DNA from: Octopus vulgaris
Lineage: Eukaryota
DNA length: 64,000 nucleotides
Assembly: GCA_951406725.2 (NCBI GenBank)
Contig: OX597830.1
Coordinates: 45,942,001-46,006,000, forward strand
Direction: 5' to 3'
Under the pieces are notes generated by a model, which saw nothing but the letters and a program-made list of their open reading frames with translations, was not told the origin of the DNA and ran no database searches. Position numbers and translations under genes: made by a program. Positions 56,501 through 64,000 of the stretch are shown here, piece after piece; positions within the stretch are counted from its first letter, which is position 1, and each line of letters starts with the position of its first letter.

Positions 56501-57536
56501 TTGTCACAATTCTAAAAGCGAGATGTTTTCCCCTTGTCCTCACGACCGTAGATATATCTTAATCAGTTGGTTGGCTTCACTCTAGCAGTAAGGATTGGTT
56601 CTTCCTTCATTAAAAGTCTTCTCACGAACCCTGAGGTGCGTGATCGGCTGTTATACACTCTATGACTCGGTTACTTTCTGTTCTCATGTATGTATGTATG
56701 TATGTATGTATGTATGTATGTATGTATGTATGTATGTATGTATGTATGTACGTACGTACGTATGTATGTATGCCATTAGTCAGCACTATTTCAAGATTTC
56801 TGGCCAATAGAGAAAGAGCCGGTTTCTAACCAAGACCCAAGGCTCCTTCATTTGGAATTTTAACAACATTAACAGGGTATTTTTGCGTGTATGTAGGTAT
56901 ATGTGGAGATTTGTATGTTTTGTTTTATATATGTCTTTTCTTGCATATAGTTGCCTATCTAGACATGGTCATATATACTTAAATGATAAACTTCTGAAAA
57001 GTTTTACAGACTTTTACAGTTCCATTGACGGCTTAGATCTGTAGTCTTCGAATATCAGCTTTCTCCTTTCTGATTTTGAGAAGTCTAATTTCTCAAGATT
57101 AGTTCATAGGCGATGTGTTACATATCCCAGTGCCCCAATAATTACAGGTTTACACCTGAACTTTTAATCTGAATAGAGTAACTGTAGATTTCTCTATGGT
57201 TCAGCGGAAGTATTTTCTCTTTCGCTGATCTTTAGCTTTATGAAGGCCGAAAGTAATCGTTATGTCAAGTCTAGTATGTTTACATTTTATTGAAGTTTTC
57301 ACTGACACATTCCACCAATACTATGTGTGGCTATGGCTTCTACCATATTGTGGGTTCTTATTTTTTTGGCTTCCGACGGATTCATTAAACAGTGTCCTAG
57401 TTACAACATCATGTCCCATCGGTAGATAAAAACCGTGATGGCATTTTCCGACAACTGCTTAGGATGTGACATCTTCAGTGTCGACTCCACAAAATCTGTA
57501 TCGGTTATCACATGCCTCTAGAAACATGTGTGTACG

Positions 57537-57623
<87 letters not shown>

Positions 57624-57745
57624 ATGTGTGTATGCATGTATGTATTCTTCTAATACATTCTAATACATTGGAATAAATAGACATACCAGAATGTCTATGG
57701 GCTGATGTATGAGGTGATTGTATCCTCTCCATTTTCTTATTTGCC

Positions 57746-57798
<53 letters not shown>

Positions 57799-59733
57799 AC
57801 ACAAACATGATATTAGTATTTTCTGTTGATGTAATAAGATATGTAAAATGGATATAAATTTTCGCTCGAGTTTTGATTCTGGTTGTTGCTACAAACGATA
57901 GCAACTAACTCAGTGACATTATTTACCTTTCCATTCTCTTTCATAGAAGTCCCATAAAGAATTTGGATTTAAGTCGTGTGCCTTCGTAGATATGGACGAT
58001 AAATCACATTTTCGGTTCGTCGGTTTATATTCGAAAGAATAACATTCTTTATTTACAAGACATCCATTGGCACATTCTTCCAATGACACGTTATTTATTC
58101 TGCCCAAGTCATCAAATCCTTTCACAGATCTGTTCGGATACATCTTAAAGTATTTTAAGGCTGGAAAATATTTCAATATTGGAAAATATTTTAATGTTCA
58201 ATATGTGTGAAAATTAAAAGATTTATCCAAAGCAGAGACATGAAAAGGCTTACGTAGTGAAAGTATTATTTAAGTAAGTTAGAAATTCAAAACTTCTATA
58301 CGTGTTATGTTATTGTGTATGTCCTGTAATCCTTATTGGCACAAGTGAAACCGTCGTCTGCGTCTGGTCTGTAAAGAGTATTACAGCAATGAGGTAAGAA
58401 CAGATTTTTAACCTTCGTAAAATTGGATTGAAATGGTTTAACAGACGACTGAAACGCAATCTAAGATAATAAGCTTAATTTACAAAACATAAAACAGAAG
58501 AATCATTCGTAATGAAATTTAGTTTAAAGAACAGAAGTGTTTGCTTAGTTGGTGTAAAGTAAACAAAATATTTATTCCTGGTTTTATTAAAAGATATCAA
58601 CTAAGCAATAACTTTTTGCTATGTTTTAGGGTATTACGTGTGGGAGTTGAATAATTATACATACATACATACATACATACATACATACATGCATACATAC
58701 ATACATATATAAACAAACCCGGAGGTTTGATAAGTTACGGAGAAAAGCGACTACTAAAGTCTTTTATACAATAATAACTACACTGAACCGCAAAAGAAAC
58801 GTGAGATGTGTGTGACTGTGAAATATGTTTTAATTTCCTTATGTCAGAAATAAATTTTGATAAATCTGATAAAGTCAATTTCTTGGATGCATTTTGACCA
58901 CGTGGACATTGTAAGCTTTCACAACAACCAGGTCACGCTGCCCTGCCTGCAATCGGCCGATAGTTTGCACTCTCTGCGCTGCTGACAATCGGGTCATACC
59001 TGATGCGTTCAAATTACGAATTTATTCTTTACTAACCACATAGGTTCCAAATACAGAGGGGACAACACAATGAAAGATAAAAACACAAAGTGTGTGTGTG
59101 TGGGGGGGCGAACGAAAAACGATGAAATGTGAAAAAAATGAAAGGTGAAATGACGGCCACTCAAGCCCCACATCCAAAGTGGCCTCACTGAACTCTTTAA
59201 AAAAAAATAAACGTTTATATTTTGCGTCTCTTTTTCTCTTAAAACACATTTTTTTTTTAAAGAAAACAGTCAACATACGACCTCAAGTTTGTTCAACACA
59301 GTGTAGTCAATGACTGGAGGTAGCGAATCAATCACTACTTCCACACCCAAAGATCCAACGTCCGACTCACACGTCTCTTTCAACACACTGTGGCTTTTCA
59401 CATCAATGAGTATACATCTTATATATATATGACATTTGAAAAAATCGCGTTTCTTTCGCGATTCAGTGTATATAATAATATACCATAATAATAATAATAT
59501 TATGCATACTCCGATTTGAAGCGACATTTATCTAAACAATTGACTGAAAAATGATGAGCAACTCCGACTGGAATCGAACCCACATATCAACGCTAACACG
59601 GTACCTTGTGCATCCGACTGAGCCAGAACACTCACCCATAAATTTCAGTCAAATTTTATATATAGATACATACTTAAACTGTATTGTTTACGTAAATATC
59701 GCTTTAATTCGGTGTATATATATATATTTATTA

Positions 59734-59795
<62 letters not shown>

Positions 59796-60070
59796 GTAAA
59801 GAGTGAAAAAACGACAGAAGGCTTAAATGTTAGAAAATATATATATTTGCGTCAATATGTCTGAAGAATATTAGAAAATTAAAAAAAAAAATTTTTTTTT
59901 TCTCTTATGACAAAATTTTTGTCATTATAAGAGAAAAAATTTTCTAATATTCTTCAGACATATTGACGCAAATATATATATTTTCTAACATTTAAGCCTT
60001 CTGTCGTTTTTTCACTCTTTTACTATTTTTTATATATTCACCCACGTGCTTTCACAAACCAACTTTCTTA

Positions 60071-60107
<37 letters not shown>

Positions 60108-62558
60108 TTATTTATTTATCTATTTATTATGATATATTATTATATAGTTATTATTGTATAAAAGACTTTAGCAGTTGCTTTTTCTCCGTGACTTATCAAG
60201 CCTCCAGGTTTGTTTACAAAAATTTTATATGTAGTACTAGACAGTTTAAGTATCTATATATAAAATTTGACTGAAAGTTGTGGGTGAGTGTTCTGGCTCA
60301 ATCGGATGCGCAAGCAGCCGTGTTAGCGTTGATATGTGGGTTCGGTTTTTGTCGGAGTTAGCTCATCATTTTTCAGTCAATTGTTTAGATAAATGTCACT
60401 TTAAATCGGAGTATATTATTGTTTTTGTTTTTGTTGTTGTTGTATACACACACACATATTTCAACAAAGCATTGTCTTCTGACAGAAACGCAGAAGAAAT
60501 AAATCTCAGCGTGACACATAAACAGTTGAATGTAATGACTACGGTCACATGGTTACGAAGAGTGCAAGAAATATGTTACTGCTAAAGAATTAAGTACTTC
60601 CGTTTGGACTGGCTAACGTTCTGCCATTGGAACTAAAGTTCTTGGAATCAAGGTAACCATACTGTAGTAACATGGTGCATACTTCAGAAGCTCGTTGTTT
60701 CACCAGTTCGAAGTAATTGCTACTGTCATTGAAACAGGGCTGCAATGAAAAACAGTTTTTATTAGATTTACCGAGTTAGTTTGGGTGTGAGTAGGTAATT
60801 GAATTAAGAATGGTTTACAAATGAATATGTTGAGCAGCTGGAAGAACCTAGAAAGAAATAGACATAGAGTATAATCTGGCTTAAAAGACACTACTGCATC
60901 TGTTGTGAATAAGGCTGCGGAGTTTGACAAGAAAGGTAGACAGTGTGTGAATTATAATGTGAGAAACAACATAATGACCTTTCATGTGATCAAGTTGAAA
61001 CGATGATCAACAACCATTAAGCATCTTTGTCTATTGAAACAGTAACTGGAGATTTAATACGATAAAGACTGTCTTGATTCTAACGAGTAGAAGGTCCCAT
61101 CTTTATGTGTAATTTGAATATTAAAAATACAGCTGAGGGGAAGCATTTTCCAATAACGATCAGAAGCATAATATTTGCACTCACACACACATAGACACAC
61201 ATACGCACACATACACACGCACATACACACACATACACACATCCACTTCACAGCTAGTTATATACAAATATATATATTAGTTAATTAAACTTCAGCATTG
61301 TCGGATTTTCACAATTATATCTTTATATGAGTACTTTCATGTCCTTTTAAACAACCATCACACACACATACACATGCATATACATATACTCATATACATA
61401 CAAAAATAAACATACATATACACACAAGTATACAGAGAGAGAAAGAAAGAAATAGAGAGGAAGACAGAGAAAGAGAGAGGTAGCGTAGTGGAAGAGAGAG
61501 AAAGACAGCGTTTACGGATGAAATCCAGTGAGCATAAACAATTTCTTTCAACAATAGCAAGCGTCTTGCATGATGGTTTGATAGAGAGTGCCAAAATACA
61601 ATTCAAACAAGAATATTCACCAAAAAAAGCTAATGGTGTCAGTTTGGTGATCCAGCGCTGGTGTCAGAGACCTGGCAAATCAATTACAGCCGATGTATAC
61701 ATCAACCAATTGGATGAAATGAGTGAACTTGCAATTAAACAACCCAGATTGGTCAATAGAGACGGGCCAATTCTCTTTCAAGACAATGCTTGACTACATG
61801 TTTCACGAAGAACGCCACTAAAGTTACAGGAACTGAACTTGGAAGTACTCTGTCGTTCACCATATTCACCAGACCTTGCACCAACTGACTATCACGTTTT
61901 TCAGGCATTAAACAACTTTCTGCAAGGAAAAACTTCAAATCTGAAGAAGATACAAAAACAGCTTTCATGATTTCATAACCTCTTGCTCTCCAGAATTTTT
62001 CGCTGCCGGAATAAATAAGCTACCTATAAAATGGCAAAATTGTGTTGATAATTTAGGTGTATACTTTGATTAACTGCATTGCTTCTTGTTGAGATAAACT
62101 TTCAGTTAAAAATCGGACATTTCATTCTTAACGACCTGATAATTAAAAATAGTTATTCGGCGAGGAAAAGTCGACATTACCTACATATTTATTTAAAGAT
62201 TAAATGAATATTATTCCAGTCATTTCGAAAAGTACGATGGTCAACTTGGGACATGTTTCGATCCTATATTAGTCATCGTCAACAAATCGTATATATTTTA
62301 TTACGGAAATAAACAGACTGTTTTAAAACTTAACATTTGTACACAACCTATGGTGCTTTAATTAAGTCATGTTGTATACTATAAGCACAGAATATGTTAT
62401 TTGACTTGTTACACTTTTTATCTTCATAAAAAAATGAACAAAAATTTAAAATTAATTTTCAATGTACAAAATTATAGAAATATGACATAATAATTACCTG
62501 CACATTGCAGAGTTGGGCGCGGATTGACTGGCCTTTGCACCATTCTGTATTGACTGGT
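52673..62558 (-). CDS. Gene B, 3' part (continues beyond the window): ADAMTS-like paralog with two PAN domains
   Basis: Six exons in frame; five have the same lengths and phases as gene A and clear peptide similarity. Confidence 0.92.
53098..53280. mobile_element. Fold-back MITE-like palindrome
   Basis: Arms aagagctattagaatgaccgctaagggg...aacgttcatagcaatcgcg and its reverse complement. Confidence 0.85.
53847..53998 (-). CDS. Gene B Cys-rich domain, C-part (GICEVSC...LPDGSPC...WRCIRGSCR)
   Basis: cctatttag/gtaagt, 152 nt, phase 1-0. Confidence 0.93.
55489..55722 (-). CDS. Gene B PAN/Apple exon 2
   Basis: attttccag/gtaaat, 234 nt, phase 1-1; QCASACLVTKTCYSFEY...KCDLS. Confidence 0.93.
56775..57500 (-). 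mobile_element. 3' fragment of an RLE-type (R4/CRE/NeSL-like) non-LTR element next to (CATA)n
   Basis: Remnants WWNVSVKTSIKCKHTRLDIT and PVIIGALGYV resemble the restriction-like endonuclease C-terminus. Confidence 0.55.
57927..58160 (-). CDS. Gene B PAN/Apple exon 1
   Basis: attttccag/gtaaat, 234 nt, phase 1-1; ECANGCLVNKECYSFEY...KCDLS. Confidence 0.93.
58781..59468 (-). mobile_element. Internally deleted Tc1-type element
   Basis: 21-bp TIRs cactgaa(c/t)cgc(a/g)aaagaaacg, TA TSD; residual N-terminus MTRLSAAQRVQTIGRLQAGQ from 58997. Confidence 0.85.
59508..60414. repeat. Nested inverted repeats: tRNA-like outer arms and an inner AT-rich palindrome
   Basis: 59508-59685 is inverted at 60240-60414; 59785-60035 is self-complementary. 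Confidence 0.85.
60598..60739 (-). CDS. Gene B Cys-rich domain, N-part (PCFNDSSNYFELVKQRASEVCTML...)
   Basis: tttcattgcag/gtactt, 142 nt, phase 0-1; QRASE-C shared with gene A. Confidence 0.9.
61515..62142 (+). mobile_element. Decayed mariner 3' fragment (different family)
   Basis: GKSITADVYINQLDEM, PILFQDNA, YSPDLAPTDYH; TIR-like end cattcttaacgacctgataa. Confidence 0.8.
62498..62558 (-). CDS. Gene B TSP1 C-terminal exon (PVNTEWCKGQSIRAQLCNVQ)
   Basis: taatgtag/gtaatt, 61 nt, phase 2-0; homologous to 41526-41586. Confidence 0.93.
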
Positions 62559-64000
62559 CTACATTAAAAATGTTAGAAAATGCAGACAACTCAAGATCTG
62601 TAAAATTCACATCAGTCTGTCCTATAAATTAAATCTCATATAAATATTTACGTAGGGAACTTTTAAATACATATTGTAGTTATTTATTGAAATAATTTGT
62701 TCAATTAGTAACATTTTTAATTACGTTGTATAAATTCAGATTCTCCTTGATCTTTCGTATAATGTGTATAACTTAGGGGCGTATTCGCTACAAATCGTGA
62801 ATACACCCTTAAACATCTTATTTTTTTAACTTTATCCAAGTTATAACTTCATTTTATTTTCCCTCTTACTACCAAAAAACCTATTTTTATTACATATTTG
62901 CATCCATTTTTACAAAGATGTGTGTGTGTGTGTGTGTAATATAATGTTATATTTGTCTGAAGTATTCGAGCTGTAGCATCAGTGGTAGGGTCTTTCCTAA
63001 TCAAAGTTACTCACCTATCCTCCTCTGTCTCTGTTTCCTACACAACTAATTCCCCGATTAACCTACACCACACCTAATTCTCATTTAAATCTAAATAACA
63101 ATTTACCAAAGATTATTTAAAACTAAAAAGAACTCAAGCAGGTCAGTCTGATGAAGGCAAATAACCCAAAACTTCAAAGTCACTATCAATTTTTTCCATG
63201 TAAGAGTTAATGCGCGCACGCACACATGCACACATCTATCTCTCAAACTAATATTGTATCTTGTGTTGATTACAGAAATGTATAACTGCAGGACGAACCT
63301 CTGTATAATGATGTTCCAAGCAACATAAGGACTATAACACTGAATACATTTCACTCTGCATGTGTCTCAAATACTCTTTACCATCCTGTCGTGCAACGGT
63401 GCATTGCTGTAGAGTTATTGGTAGGTCTTGGTAACTTTGCAAAGTCACAGTCAGTCCTACATTCTATATTTGGCGATAAGCAGAACTCAGTAGAGTAAGA
63501 ACCTCAGCGCCATTTATGGAGTTATAAAATATTAACTATTCCATGAAGAACAATTCACCAGGCCATTGAATAAATATCACATTAAAAGTTATGAGAAAAA
63601 GCAAAGGCTGTAGTTAAGCGCAAGTTTCTTTTTTAAAACAATCCTTTGAGTATTGAAGCTGCTTCAGAACACTGGAAAGACATGAAGAAAAGATTCAGTA
63701 CAATTCGAGACCGAACTAGTAGACTTGGTAGAATATATGTACTACTTTATGTACGCTGACGTCTTTCAAAAAGAAACTTAGATCTGACATTAAGAAATTC
63801 AAGAAATATTAAATATTTTCATTTCTTCCGATAAAACTAAACTCTTATACAATGTAGAAAGTGGCACGTACACACAATTTCTTAATAAGAACACCAATAA
63901 CAATTACAGGAAAGGTAGCTAAAATTCAAACGGTGTAAACATTAAGAGAACATAAGATTGTTATGAGGACAATTCGTTGCCATGTTTAATTAACTCCACA

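Overview
AT-rich, microsatellite- and transposon-rich eukaryotic DNA. The SINE families resemble those I associate with octopus/cephalopod genomes; this is an inference. The ORF track misses the main content, which I rebuilt by hand from GT-AG exons with consistent phases. Gene A (+ strand, about 21.7-50.8 kb, 18-19 exons, about 780 codons, start exon not found) is an ADAMTS-like M12B metalloprotease. It has a prodomain, a catalytic domain with the zinc motif HEVAHGIDIPHD, a disintegrin-like domain, one TSP1 repeat and a Cys-rich domain split by two 234-nt PAN/Apple exons, and apparently no spacer. Gene B (- strand, 52.7 to >62.6 kb) is a tail-to-tail paralog with the same exon sizes and phases (61/142/234/234/152 nt) and a more recently duplicated PAN pair. 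At the left edge, two candidate - strand exons of an unidentified gene flank a 44-bp minisatellite built from the exon's own splice-donor region. The rest is a decayed hAT, mariner/Tc1 elements, Helitron-type elements, four tRNA-derived SINE families, an ORF1-only CCHC retroelement whose 3' tail matches a SINE, LINE/Penelope remnants and fold-back elements. No CRISPR array, rRNA or genuine tRNA gene was seen. All coordinates and counts are manual.
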